A stretch of 63,976 nucleotides of DNA, counting the filler, from Collodictyon triciliatum (lineage: Eukaryota), in assembly GCA_043381765.1 (NCBI GenBank). It is 6 parts of 6 records of this genome, joined end to end, with 100 filler letters (N's around TTAATTAATTAA, not from the genome) between each part and the next. Parts side by side here need not be neighbours in the genome. Positions count along the whole stretch, not along the records: positions 23,105 to 34,572 come from JBHJMP010002400.1; positions 34,673 to 43,326 come from JBHJMP010002402.1; 4 more parts are not named here. One strand, written 5' to 3'. This document shows positions 27,001 to 39,289 of this stretch, in pieces; the first letter of the stretch is position 1, and the number at the start of each line of letters is the position of its first letter. Both the position numbers and the translations under genes were made by a program. The notes beneath the pieces were generated by a model. It was not told the origin of the DNA and ran no database searches. It worked only from the letters and a program-made list of their open reading frames with translations.

Positions 27001-30000
27001 ATATGTGGTGCTCACAACAAGCTCCAGCTCACTGGACTTGAGTCCGGCTGGGTCTTGTGTGTATACCTTGATTCGGTCGACCTCACCGACATACAGCGCT
27101 GGCACTACTACGTCCAACATACATAGTCCGTCGCTTGTCTTTGCGAGTGGCTTGCTGGTGTCGATGCTAGCTCTGTTTTGTTGTAGCTTGATTTGTGCGT
27201 TTGTGTGGGTTGAAATATATGCTTCAGTCTCATCCCCATCCGGATCAATCCCTACAATTATGAAACTCACATATCGAATGATCTGTGAGTCAGGAATGAT
27301 GATGTTCGATTCTTGTGCATATGTGTATGGTGCAAAGTTCTTATCATTTATTGCTATGTTGACTGGGATATTAGAAACTGCCTGGCTTTCTCTAATTGTT
27401 ATATTGAAAAAATCTTGCTGAGTTCCTTCAGATATCTCTGGGTTTGGTGCTTGGTGAACGTACAATAGATCTGCACTGACGGTTTTACTAAATTGCATTA
27501 TAGTATTTGTGATATTGATGTGATTGGCATCAATCTCAAGAGCAGGATAATAGAGTTTTCCTTTCGTTGGCAACGAGATTATCTCCATTTGGGCATCTAG
27601 TGTGCTGGATTGGTCTGGAGTAATATCGATGCTAATTCTAACTGATTCTCTTTCACCCACAGTTGGTAGACTTGGTTTTAGCGTGGCCTTTGGCACCAAA
27701 GCTGAAAAAAGAACGTCTGATCCAACTGTCACAGAGACCGGAGCTGACAATTTGTCAGTGACTGTGACAGTAATTGAATCATAATCGGGAATATCTCCTT
27801 CGCCCATTTCTGGAGCTTTATAGATGAATTCCAATGATTTATAATTCATGCGGGTGATATTCAAAGTTTCATTAATAGGAATACCTCTGAAAAAGTAAGT
27901 ACCTTTCACGGGTACTTTTGGTATAATTGTAATATCCAATTTAGTAATATCTTCATAGCCCTTCATGGAAATAGAAAATGGGGCACTCTGTCTCTTTGCA
28001 ACACGTATATGCGATGATGGAGTCGAAACAAGAAGAGTGCGGTAGACTCCTGTGACCCCAATCGTCACGGTCGCAGCTTGCGAATCTGATTTGCCGTCGT
28101 TCGCTGTAAACGTAAATATTGTGTATGGGTTGCCGAATGAATTTGGTGCGTTCAAGAAGCTTACGGTCTTAGACGCACCGAGAGAAAACGGTACCGCGGT
28201 AATCGCTTTGCCGTTGAACGACAGCGTGCCTTTGGATGGGAGTGTGCGTATTGTGTACGTCAGTGTCTCAGCTGGTATGTTTGCGTCTGTCGCAGCTAGT
28301 GTGACGGTCACCGGCGTGCCTTGGTTTGCTTTGACACTTTGTGATTGAGAAACGGGTGCGATGTTGACATAGTTGACGGTTATCGGCACGGTCTTTGTGT
28401 CAGCCGCTTGGTTGTTGTCAATCACTTGTACACTGATTTGGTCTGTGTAGAACTGGTTCGCTGCTGGCGTGTATTTCAGTGTCACTCCGTTGGATGGAAG
28501 GGTGTACTTTGTGTTTACCACTATGGAAGTGCTTTCCATCATCAGCGATGAACCAGCTCTGGTCGGTAGTGCTGTCACGGCAAAGCTCAGGGTGTCGCCC
28601 ACGTCGACATCTTGTCCGTTGATAAGAATCGAAGCTTCGACATTCAGGTTGGTGGTGACTGCTGTCGGCACAGTCGCTGTGGGCGCGTGGTTGACGTGGT
28701 TGACGTTGATTGATAGCGTTTGCTCGTTCGACCGAAGCTGTCCATCAGATACGTAGTATCGGAAGGTGGTCACTGGTTTACCATACGTGAGCTTCGGAGG
28801 TGTGTACCGGATAGTGGTCGACCCACTGGTCATTACAAGTGGTGTATTTATCGTCACGTTCAAAGTTCCATACGTCAATGTCCCGGTTGTCGGAAGCTGA
28901 GATATGTACGCTGTGATAGCATCTTTGTTGTCGTCTTTGCCTCCCAGCGGTATATCGATGAAGCTGTCTTCGTTACAGTCAGGTGTTGTTGTGGTGGTGG
29001 TTGTAGGTTTTAAGTTGACTTTATTGACTGAGTTGACTAATACTCCTGGACTTCCTTTTGGTGGCATCAAAATATTGTCTCTTACATATATTTCTATCTT
29101 TGTGACCTTATCATATGTTAAAGGTGGGACATTTATGGATACAACCCAATTCGTAGATGCTGAATTATAAGATGGCATCACCCCCCTTTCTGTTTGGAGC
29201 CTTACATTCGAGTTGATGAGCACCGGGGTTAGCTCTGTATTAATGTTGAGTACACTTCCTTCGTTTACCGCTATAATATCATCAGAAATAACGAGTTCTG
29301 TGACTATCGCATTGATGTCATCTCCGTCTGGGTCGATACCACTAACAGTGAATATCACCGTCTGTGGCGATGGAGAAGCTTGGATGGTAATACTGGGCGG
29401 ATTCGTACTTACGATCGGGAAAAAATTGGTGTCTTCTACAACTACATTCACAGTTATGGTTGATGACTTGGCGGTGTTCTGAGTGCTCAGGGTGTATGTA
29501 TCGGTGTTTGCCCCAAGAGATACATAGACAGATGACGGAACAGGCGCAACATAAACAATCTGGCTACTGATGCTCCCCGCGTTGCTTGTAGATATGACTT
29601 GGCCGCTGCTCAGTGCATCGCCTGTGGCCCGACCTTGGCTATCTGCGAGATAGAGCTTGCCGTTGGTGGGCACGCTTGTGACAATGAGTGTGATCGCCAG
29701 TCCGTCAAGGTCGCTTGCCGTTACCGTTGTTGCTTGTTGTTGCTGCTCTTGTATCGAAATGCTGCTAGGATTGGACGATATCACTGGATTTCGTGCAACA
29801 AACTCTACATTTGTTGTCACGCTGGCAGCCGTCGATGCCAGATTGCTGTTGTCGATCACTGTGTACGAGAAGGCGTCGAGGTTGTTTCCGTAGTCTTTCG
29901 CTGCTCCTGCAGGTGGTGGTGTGTACACTACAGACACAGCGCTTTGCGATGCACCAAGCGGTGTGGTATATCCGTTGGCGATTGGTGTGCCTCCGATGCT

Positions 30001-33000
30001 CAGCGTGCCGAGGAATCCGCTGGGAATCGTAAACTGCACCTTGACTTGGTCTCCTGCATCGTAGTCGTTGGGGGTAATGGTGAATGATGTCGGGGTGTAT
30101 CGGTTGGTTTGGATGGGATTGGATGAGATTGTGCTCACAGGCGCATGGTTCACGTGCACGACAGAAATCGTCACAGTCGAGGCGGGAGAGTCTGCCTTGC
30201 CGTCGTTCGCTGTAAATGTGAACCCGGTGTATGGGTTGCCGAAAGAGTATGCGGAGTTTACAAAGCTGACAGACTTTGATGTGCCGAGAGAAAACGGGAC
30301 GGTGTTGATTGCTTGTCCGTTGAACGACAGCGTGCCTTTGGATGGGAGTGTGCGTATTGTGTACGTCAGTGTCTCAGCTGGTATGTTTGCGTCTGTCGCA
30401 GCTAGTGTGACGGTCACCGGTGTGTCTTCGTTGGTGCTGACACTTTGTGATTGAGAAACGGGTGCGATGTTGACATAGTTGACGGTTATCGGCACTGTCT
30501 TTGTGTCAGCCGCTTGGTTGTTGTCAATCACTTGTACACTGATTTGGTCTGTGTAGAACTGGTTCGCTGCTGGCGTGTATGTCAGCGTCGCTCCGTTGGA
30601 TGGGAGGGTGTACTTTGCGTTTACGGCTATCGAAGTGCTTCCCATCATCAGTGATGACCCAGCTCTGGTCGGCAGCGCTGTCACGGAAAAGCTCAGGGTG
30701 TCACCCACGTCGACATCTTGTCCGTTGATAAGAATCGAAGCTGCGACATTCAGGTTGGTGGTGACTGCTGTAGGCACAGTCGCTGTGGGTGCGTGGTTCA
30801 CATGGTTGACGTTGATGGTATATATGTTCGTAGCAGAGACTCCATTTCCATTGTCAGTAACACGAAACGTGAAAGTGGAATAAGGTGTCCCGTATCCGAT
30901 ATTGGGCGGGGTGTATGACACCTGAGAGCCATATGCAAATGTTCTAGGGACTGAAGTTGACGAGATGATGACTCCAGTGTTGTCCACGAGATTTCCAAAG
31001 TTTGGAACGGTCACAATTGTGAATGACAACGTCGAAACTGTATTATCGGGGTCACAGTTAGTATGGACACTCCACAAGTTGTTGACAATCGAATTCGATG
31101 AGCTGCTCTCTTGAATTGTCAGGGAGACTGGGGACGATACAGGCGGCTGGTTGACGAAATTTACGTTTACGGTGGCCGTATACGTATTGGATGAAATGTA
31201 ATCCTTCACATTGAACTGGAACGTCACCAGTCCTGCACCGTAGAGGTTTGTCGTAGGCGAGACCATCACTCGCCAGGAGGTCGGAGTAAGATTAGGGAGG
31301 ACTGTTCCTACCGTGGTAATTTGACTTCCACGAGAAATCCCATCGGGAGTGGCGAAAATTTGGCCATTTGATGGGATTGTAAGGATTGCTGCAGTCAAAG
31401 GGTCACCATTGGCATCATTCGCAGTGATATCAATTATCCCATTGCTATTTTGATTGATTGTTATCGTAACTGGCGAAGAGGTCGGGGCACTGTTGGGTCT
31501 CATGTTTACAGAGATGGAAACTTGAGCGTAGTTGGACAGAATCATGTTATTGTGCATCATGAATTGGAAAGAATCCGACACGGTTGAAGAGATATATTGA
31601 CTGTTACTCTGGTAAAATAAGCGATTGGCTGGGTCAATGAGGGTGGAGGCTCCGGTTATTTGAGCACCTTTTGCACCGGCGTTGTATTGGAATAGAACAC
31701 CTTGACTAGGTAAAGTCGCAACAACCCCAAATAAGTTGATGTTGTATGTGTCTGTGCCAGTGAGTTGGATGACAGTCAGTGCCCCGGCTGTGGAGGTAAC
31801 TGATGCAGATATGGGCGAAGGGCTATACCACCACCACCAGTACCACCAGTACCAAATGACATCAACACGCACAATAACCGGTATCACTTGTCCATCTGGC
31901 ATCCTTTCAGAGACAACAAAAGTGGTGAACGGTTGGCCGTACCAATTCCATGCTGGTGAAAAAATAAGATGACCGTACGGACTAGTTACTGTAGCAGACG
32001 TGGAGGTAATCGCAGCACCCTTTGTGCCGTCTGCATTAACTTGGTACAGGAGTCCGAGCGAAGGCAATGAGCTAAAGGTTATTGATGAGGCGAGCCCAGC
32101 ACTTAGTTGTAGAGTAAACTTAACCTCCGTGTTAATGGCTGTGGTAACCAGGATAGTAGTCGGGAATTGGTTGTTGTTGATGGAACCGTCCACGGTTACG
32201 AAAAAGACAGCGTCGTTGTAATCAGCATCCCCCAGGTTGTATAAGTCTTCAAATCCCATCATAATTTTACCAGATGTTCCCTCGGTAAACATTGCTATGT
32301 GCTGCTGTCCATCGTAATTCTTTGCTCGGATGGTGTAGTACGTAGAGCTACCCAGGTTTGTGGACCAGAATTGATTCGTGAATCCATTCGCAATTAGAAA
32401 GAAACCAACTTGTCTCCCACCCGCAAATGGGCCTATCTTGACTGTTTGGCCCGTCTGAAGAGTGGCGGGGTCATTGGATGCATCAGGGAACACAATGTTC
32501 TTGGAAACAATATTCTGATAGGTGTCGAAGACAAAGTATCCAAGCGAGCTGCGGTAGCCAGACCCTTCGGAAATGAAGGTGATGTAGATGGTACTTGTGG
32601 ACGTAAAAACGAGGTTGGGATTGCTGTTTGTTCTGATGAGGAAAGACATCGGAGAAGCCCAGTTGGGGAGCCACTGATTGACAGAGGCCACCATGCTAGG
32701 GGGTTGCGGGTTGATGGTGGACCCGAGGCAAGCACCGATAGACAAATCCGGGTTTAGCACCAGTCCGAAGGGTTGCGCACTAGGTACGGTACATTGCCCG
32801 CGCGCAACTTCAGCGCAAACGAGAATCCCAACCACGGCAAATGCAATCCACTAAGTAATTTAAAGAGGGTTCATCAGGGAATTAGCGAATCAATGGTGAA
32901 ATAAGATTGCCTGGTCGCACAAACGGTCAATTTTAAATTTGTTCAAATGCGGAAGTTATAAACAATATTTTCTGGCTTGTCTTCCCTTTCGCTTTTGGAG

Positions 33001-33083
33001 AAGCCTGGGACTTTGCCAGAAAACATCGAGAAAAAATAGCTCACCAGATCAAGCTTCCAGAGAGGCACTTTGGGAGTCGCCAT
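24062..33083 (-). CDS. Giant type-I membrane adhesin (~2865 aa), Sib/integrin-beta-like: signal peptide, DUF4114-like domain, about 20 or more cadherin/Ig-like (Big_9-type) repeats, TM helix, tail with two NPxY motifs
   Basis: Four exons, 33083-33045, 32850-26290, 26145-25444 and 25357-24062, with all three GT-AG introns in phase 0. The N-terminus MATPKVPLWKLDL|WIAFAVVGILVCAEVARG is signal-like. Other motifs: GFEDLYNLGDADYNDAVF; recurring VNHAP...D.D.D.L...I..LP..G.L repeats; TM AVAGGAVGAVAAIAGAFWVF; tail NPLY...NPLY. Confidence 0.88.
28091..28710. repeat. Internal ~620-bp near-identical direct repeat, copy A (partner at 30197-30816)
   Basis: Same sequence at a constant offset of 2106 nt; encodes NHVNHAPTATVPTAVTTNLNV...FTANDGK. 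Confidence 0.92.
30197..30816. repeat. Internal ~620-bp near-identical direct repeat, copy B (partner at 28091-28710)
   Basis: See copy A. Confidence 0.92.
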
Positions 33084-34890
33084 GGGGTTCGTCGGGGGAG
33101 GTGTTGTTCGAAACGGGTTCAGAGAAGGCTCAGCAGAAGTTTGGGGTGCTTCGTGCGGAATGGATCTAGTGTCAGAGTTAGATTGAGACGGGTCTCGGCT
33201 CCCTTCACAACAGATCACACAGGCGAAGGACTGAACTTATCATTTGCCTGTTCCATAAGTTTGGGGGCTACACTGCTGCTATTGGCGTGTTTTCTTTTCT
33301 TTTCTTTTCTTTTCTTTTCTTTTCTTTTCTTTCTTTTCTATCCTTTTTTTATTTTTTCTTTCCTGTTAGCACGCCATCAAGAGGAACGGTGAAGACCGCA
33401 CACAGGTTGGCCAACGCGTGTATGTTGGCCATCCTGGTGCTGGGATCAAGTCCAACCCTGCCCCAGCCGAGGCAACGCCTAGTACCGAGGGTCGTGGGCG
33501 GCTGCGGGGGGCATTGCGGTGGTTGAAGCAGGATTCTGTTATGGATTTATATATTGCAACGAATTGGATAGGAGAAATAGTCAGGCGTTTGGGTGTTGCG
33601 TTTGCGTTGGTTTGCTGCGGTGGTCTAGCGGGTGCAGAGCTAATCAAAGCTATGTAAGCTATGGCAAAAGCGTGATTTACTATAAAATTAACATCTCAGC
33701 TAATTTTGCTACGGGTCATCCCTCTCCTTAGAGTTCATCCTCCTTCGTTTCTGTAATGTGTTTCACAATTTTTTTTGAATAGCGCTTAATTTTTGCGCAA
33801 ACCTATGGCAAAAATCTATGAGGGAAGCACCATTGCCCCGCTAGAGTCCAGCAAACGGTTTTTCGCGCCAAAAGATAATCCCATATATGTATAAAATTTT
33901 GTTCAGTGTTATGTCTTAACTTCTTTTATAACAAATCTTTGAAGATTAAGTATTAATCTCATCAAACAGGAAATTCTCTTATAACAATATAATAAATGAT
34001 ATAAATACCCATAAATAGTGTAATTATGATACATATATGCAATTATGTCGATATAATGATAATATATATATTTATATATTTATATTCCATAATAATTTTC
34101 TTAATATGGAATTTCTTGCATTTTGTCCCTGTCAAACACAAGCCGCTTGGCTCAAGGAAGCAGGCTTTGCAGATTCTGATCGCAGAACAGCAGAGGCGCC
34201 AGGGGCAACCTGAAGTGCATAATAATCCCTCTTATTGATGAGTTCGCTCTGCAAGGTCCAACAAGGGTCTTGGGGATTATTTTACAAAGGGACGCCTGCG
34301 CAACACACGGTGCTGTGAAAAATGGCTCGAGCCGGCCTATCCGAGTTGTCATCGCTGACTTCATTCCACCGATGCCATCTCCTCGCTAGCCTCATATACT
34401 TACCTCTGCTTTTTTCTACTCACTCTTTATGTCCCTGTTATGAGTGACCTCGGGACCTCTTATCCGCTAAGAAAAATAAGAAGAGCAAAACCCGAGAACT
34501 GACCCTGGACAAATTGAAAGAAAAAAAAAGAAAAAAAAAGAAAAAAAAAGAAAAAAAAAGAAAAAAAAAGAANNNNNNNNNNNNNNNNNNNNNNNNNNNN
34601 NNNNNNNNNNNNNNNNTTAATTAATTAANNNNNNNNNNNNNNNNNNNNNNNNNNNNNNNNNNNNNNNNNNNNAAAAAAAGAAAAAAAAAAGGGAAAAAAG
34701 TGAAAAAAAAAAATTTTTTTTTTAAGAAAACAAATGAAAAGTTAAAAAAAAAAAAAAAACAGCAATCAAACATTAACCATAAATTGTTTTCAAAAACCAA
34801 TCCATTCACAATAAATTGACTTGTTTGAATATCCTCTTCCTCTTTCTCATTCTCTTTGTTGGAAATTCTAAAATCCTAAACATGCTACAG

Positions 34891-34987
34891 TTCTATGATG
34901 GGTCAGAGGGACGAAGAGTTAGAAGAAAGAAGACAACGTGAGCTTGACCGTCTAAGGAAAAAGAAAATGAAGCTATCTTCAAAATAA
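34891..34987 (+). CDS. Putative terminal exon of an unknown gene (charged/coiled-coil C-terminus); upstream exons not resolved, perhaps in the gap
   Basis: ctacag acceptor, then SMMGQRDEELEERRQRELDRLRKKKMKLSSK*. Confidence 0.35.
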
Positions 34988-35590
34988 ATCTCCCATTCAT
35001 TCAACCATCCGTCGTATAGGCTTCATCATCGCAGTTTCATCCCACCCCCTTTCCTGTTTCCCATTTCATGAAAAGAATTCCCTATCTTTTCCATGCCCAA
35101 TATTCGCGACACATGTATTCATTATGCTTTGCCCTCTTTTGCATTGAAGCATTTGATAAAGAAATCAATTATATGTAGCGTTTCTCACATAGATTTTCGG
35201 CTGGTTGTCTCGTACCCCAAGCCTTTTGGTCACAACAAACACCATAACCCAATTGAAGTGCGTAACCGCCCATGATTATTTTTTTTTTTTTTTGTCTAAA
35301 TTCTCAATTTTCAAAACTAATCAAAAAAATAAAAATAATCGCAGCTGAAATACAAATACAAATACAACAACCGCAAAAACAATAACAAAAGGACGATGTA
35401 TATATAAATACAAAGCCACCACATTCTTATGTGCAAAAGATAAAACCGCACTCGCTCTGCCGAGAGGCAGGACTCCGATCGTGTCAAGAGTTTAGGTTTC
35501 TCCGATCAAGCCCACCAGCACCAAAGCAGCCTCTCCTTATCTCCTGCTTGACCCACTCACACCACAAACTGTTCTATTTATCCCGCAGCT

Positions 35591-38322
35591 ATGGCGGGCT
35601 TTCGGATCCACGGCTTCGATCGACCCTTTGATCCTCTCCAAATTGTTGCTTGGGTCCTGCAGCTCGGGTTTCCAGTCTATATCTACGCTGCAGTGAATCC
35701 ACTGCTTAGTGGACCGTGGCTTTATGTGAACTCTGTGGTGAGTTGCTCATTCTCCTTTCTCGTTTCTCGTTTCTCCTTTCTCGTTTCTCGTTTCTCGTTT
35801 CTCCTTTCTCCTTTCTCCTTTCTCGTTTCTCCTTTCTCCTTTCTCCTTTCTCCTTTCTCCTTTCTCCTTTCTCCTTTCTCCTTTCTCCGTTATTCCTTTT
35901 CTTTCATCTTCTCTCGAAATTTTGTTGCGATTCGATTGGTGTCTTTATTATTTTATTATTATCACATCTATTTATTTATTCTGATGTTTCCATTTCTTCA
36001 TCTTTTATGATTAAGGAAACCCAACATGACTTATTACTCATCTCGGCATGCACCCATCAGATTTTTAGTATATTGGTGACTGGTTCAATTGCGTCCTGCA
36101 TCGCATGTACAGGAATAAATCCAGTCGATTCTGTCTTTTGGTCAAAAGTCTGTTCACAACAAAACAAACAGAGCCATAATAGAATCGATCTGGAAAGCGA
36201 AGAACTACTCTACTGCCCTATTTGTGAATCTAGGGTGTATCCTGCAAACTCTCATCCAATTACCAACTAAATATTATACATATCTTTATATCGACATTTA
36301 CCCTGATTTCTTTTGTAAAGTTCTTTTTCCATGTAAGCAGACAAAGACAGTCACAGCGTATAATATGTTTATTAATTTTTTTTATTTCTCCGAATCTTTT
36401 ATGTTGTGAACTCTTTTCATCGGACGTAAAAGTCTTCTCCTCTATTAGTCCTTGATAACCTTCCAGACGGAAAAAAAGCAAACACTGTCGTTTATGTGGG
36501 AAATGTGTAGAAGTATTCGACCATCGTATGTATATCTATTACCATAGTAAATAGTTATTTATAATACGATTTACTTTCTGATCGCCCATACAAAATTATG
36601 CAATTCTATTAAGATGATAAAGTACCTTTTATCTCCTTACAACAGACTGTCATTGGCTCAATAACTGCATCGGGCAGAAAAATTACAGGTTATAACAATT
36701 AATCTACAAAAACGCTTCTGCTTTGATGCTATTAGATATTTCCTAATGCATTTTTAAATAATAATTTTAACATATCTCCATTTTGTCTCCATAGGATCTT
36801 CTTTGTATATCTTTGCATGGTTTTCCTTACTACGTTGTGGATTCTATTCATAAGCCTGTGTCTTTTAATATCCTATCTTGGCGAGGATGGAACAACCAAT
36901 AATTTTATGAATCTAAAGGAAGGTTGGATCGCACTCATATGCCGATTATTAATGTGGATGTGGCAGATTGCTCCATTTTATTAAAATTTTACCTATTGGT
37001 TTCAAATCTGAAAAAAGAATCACATAATCGTAGTGCACACAGTCTTTACAACGATGAACACTGTTCGATACTGCTGGCTCGTAGGTGTATGTGGAGGGGT
37101 AGCATTCATAGCACTCCTTTTGGTTGGACAACTCCTATGTCTTCATATATACTTTGGTGACATGCCCATTCCTTTTTACTTTGCATATATATATATATTG
37201 ACCAAGATATTAAATCATTTATAAAAACTGGTCTCAACATCCAAATAACCTCCTAGTGAGAGAAAACATCACGACCTACGAATATGTCATGCGCCAATCT
37301 CCAAACGAAGACAAACCTCCCTGCGAAACATTCTGTTTACTCAAAGATAACATTATCAAGTAATACATTCTCTACTTTTTCTTCTTCCATTTTCACTTGT
37401 CTATATTATATCTAAGCCTGCCTTACCCTGTATCATTACTTATGATACACACACTACCTTGACTAGACTCCTCCTTGATGTGAAGGCCACAATAGCAGGA
37501 TTTAAGACACCAATCATATCATTTGCTGCATCTTCCCCGACCTCTCCTGAGCAACAAGGAAGACTTCAAAATAGCCGAGCTAACAGCTCCAGCCAACAAG
37601 ATGACCAAGTTCGCGGGCAAAGTGTGAATCAAGTGCAAACTCCAAAATCTTTGCGAAATCCGTTCAATAGGTGCACTTCACTCAATGGCATGAATCCAAC
37701 GTCTGCCCATGAATCTGACTCTGACCATGATGAGCTCTCATCTGGAGGAATCCCATCTGCACTATCCTCTCCGCGAATCTTTCAGAACCCCCAGAACGAA
37801 AGTCTTATTCGACAGTCATCTGAAAATCATACTGCAGACTCTGCCAATGCGATGGTTTGTGGGCCAGGCGGGTCATGCTTGTCCTCCCCCAAGAAGGGCT
37901 CGAGTCGCTCACAGCAAACAAACCACAGCCTGCCTGGTATCATCCAAGCCGAAAATCCAGAGAAAGATAGATACGACTTGAATCATACAGGCACGAATAA
38001 CAATGAGACCCAAGGTCACAACATTGAAAACCACCCGAATCTAGTTGTTGCGTCGCAATCAGCGTTCAACACCAGCCTCGCTTCTGTCACCACACTGGTT
38101 TCAAAGTCTAGCATGGATTCCGACAGTATACCTGAGCATAGGAAGCAATCCTTCTCTTCGAACAAGTCTGCCACGCACCATGCGATTCTGAACCCAACAG
38201 CACGGAGTCCATCTGCCCGTAAACTTCCGCCACTGGTCATCCCCCACAAAGCCGAGCCTCTGGGTGCATCGAACAAGCAGCAAAGGCCCCCTCGCAGAAT
38301 TATATTTGGTGCCCCAAAGTAA
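35591..38322 (+). CDS. DHHC palmitoyltransferase, ZDHHC1/11-like, with a long disordered C-tail
   Basis: MAGFRIHGFDRPFDPLQIVAW N-terminus; YCPICESRV, KHCRLCGKCVEVFDH|HCHWLNNCIGQKNYR (DHHC split by an intron); LLCLHIYF, ENITTYEY; last exon ORF ends at 38322. Confidence 0.9.
35750..35889. repeat. (TTTCTCC/G)n heptamer tandem repeat in DHHC intron 1
   Basis: Directly visible. Confidence 0.9.
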
Positions 38323-38689
38323 TGGCAATCCATTATTACAGTGATTTTGCTAACATTTTCAAATCCTATTCTATCTTTCTTTTTTCTTGGTTGCCTCTCT
38401 CCCTATATACCCAAAAAGATTATTTTGTTACCCCCTTACTATCATATATACCTTGAAAAAAAAAGAAAAGCACAAGAAAACGATGTATATAGTCATGGTT
38501 ATATAAGACCTTGAAAATCTTTTTTTCCCTCGCCAGAATATATAACCCAACCACCTACCCTTTTTTTTCTTTTAAAAAATAATCTCTTGAATAATAATAA
38601 AAATAAAAAAAATTTTCACGAACTCCTACCGTCTGCCAGTAGGAATGAGTTGCTCTTTACGGATATAATATGTATGGTGCTCTGTTGGT

Positions 38690-38790
<101 letters not shown>

Positions 38791-39289
38791 TCCTTTTCTT
38801 GTCTGTGACACCTTCCGAATCTTGGTTAATTCCTGGTCCTATAATTTCCGCCCTGTCTGGTGCATACCGCAACCCGCTCACGTCAAAACCTTCTCCCGTG
38901 CCCGTATCTGGTTAAGGCGCAGGGTTGTTGGGTATGTGCTTCCTTTTATTGTTTTTCCAATCCCTTTCTCTTCTCTTCTTTCTCTTTTTTCTCTTCTTTC
39001 TCTTCTTTCTCTTCTTTCTCTTCTTTCTCTTCTTTCTCTTCTTTCTCTTCTTTCTCTTCTTTCAGAGCTAGACGACGAGACATGGTCTTCTTCCGAGTTG
39101 TGAGGCGGAGGAGCGACTGGCTCACGATTTGTCGATGCTTACTGCCCCATTTCTTTTTCATTCCTCCTACTATCTCGACCACGTACTCAAGTAAGTACTT
39201 CAATAACTATGCTAACAGGGTTGCTATCATATTAAACAAGGTTACTCAGAGGTCATTACTGCTCTCATTTTTTTTTTTTTAAAAAAAAA

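Noticed and set aside
33783-34390. Possible small spliced gene with an in-frame TGA (selenocysteine?)
   Set aside because: There is no consistent exon chain on either strand, no selenoprotein motif and no SECIS seen.
34396-34406. ATACTTACCT, like the U1 snRNA 5' end
   Set aside because: No U1 stem-loop I/II motifs or Sm site follow; it is equally a reverse-strand donor-like sequence.
38946-39203. ORF with EEK repeats (and SLL repeats on the other strand)
   Set aside because: It derives from a 9-nt pyrimidine repeat ending in tttcag, most likely inside a 5'-UTR intron of the BLTP3-like gene.
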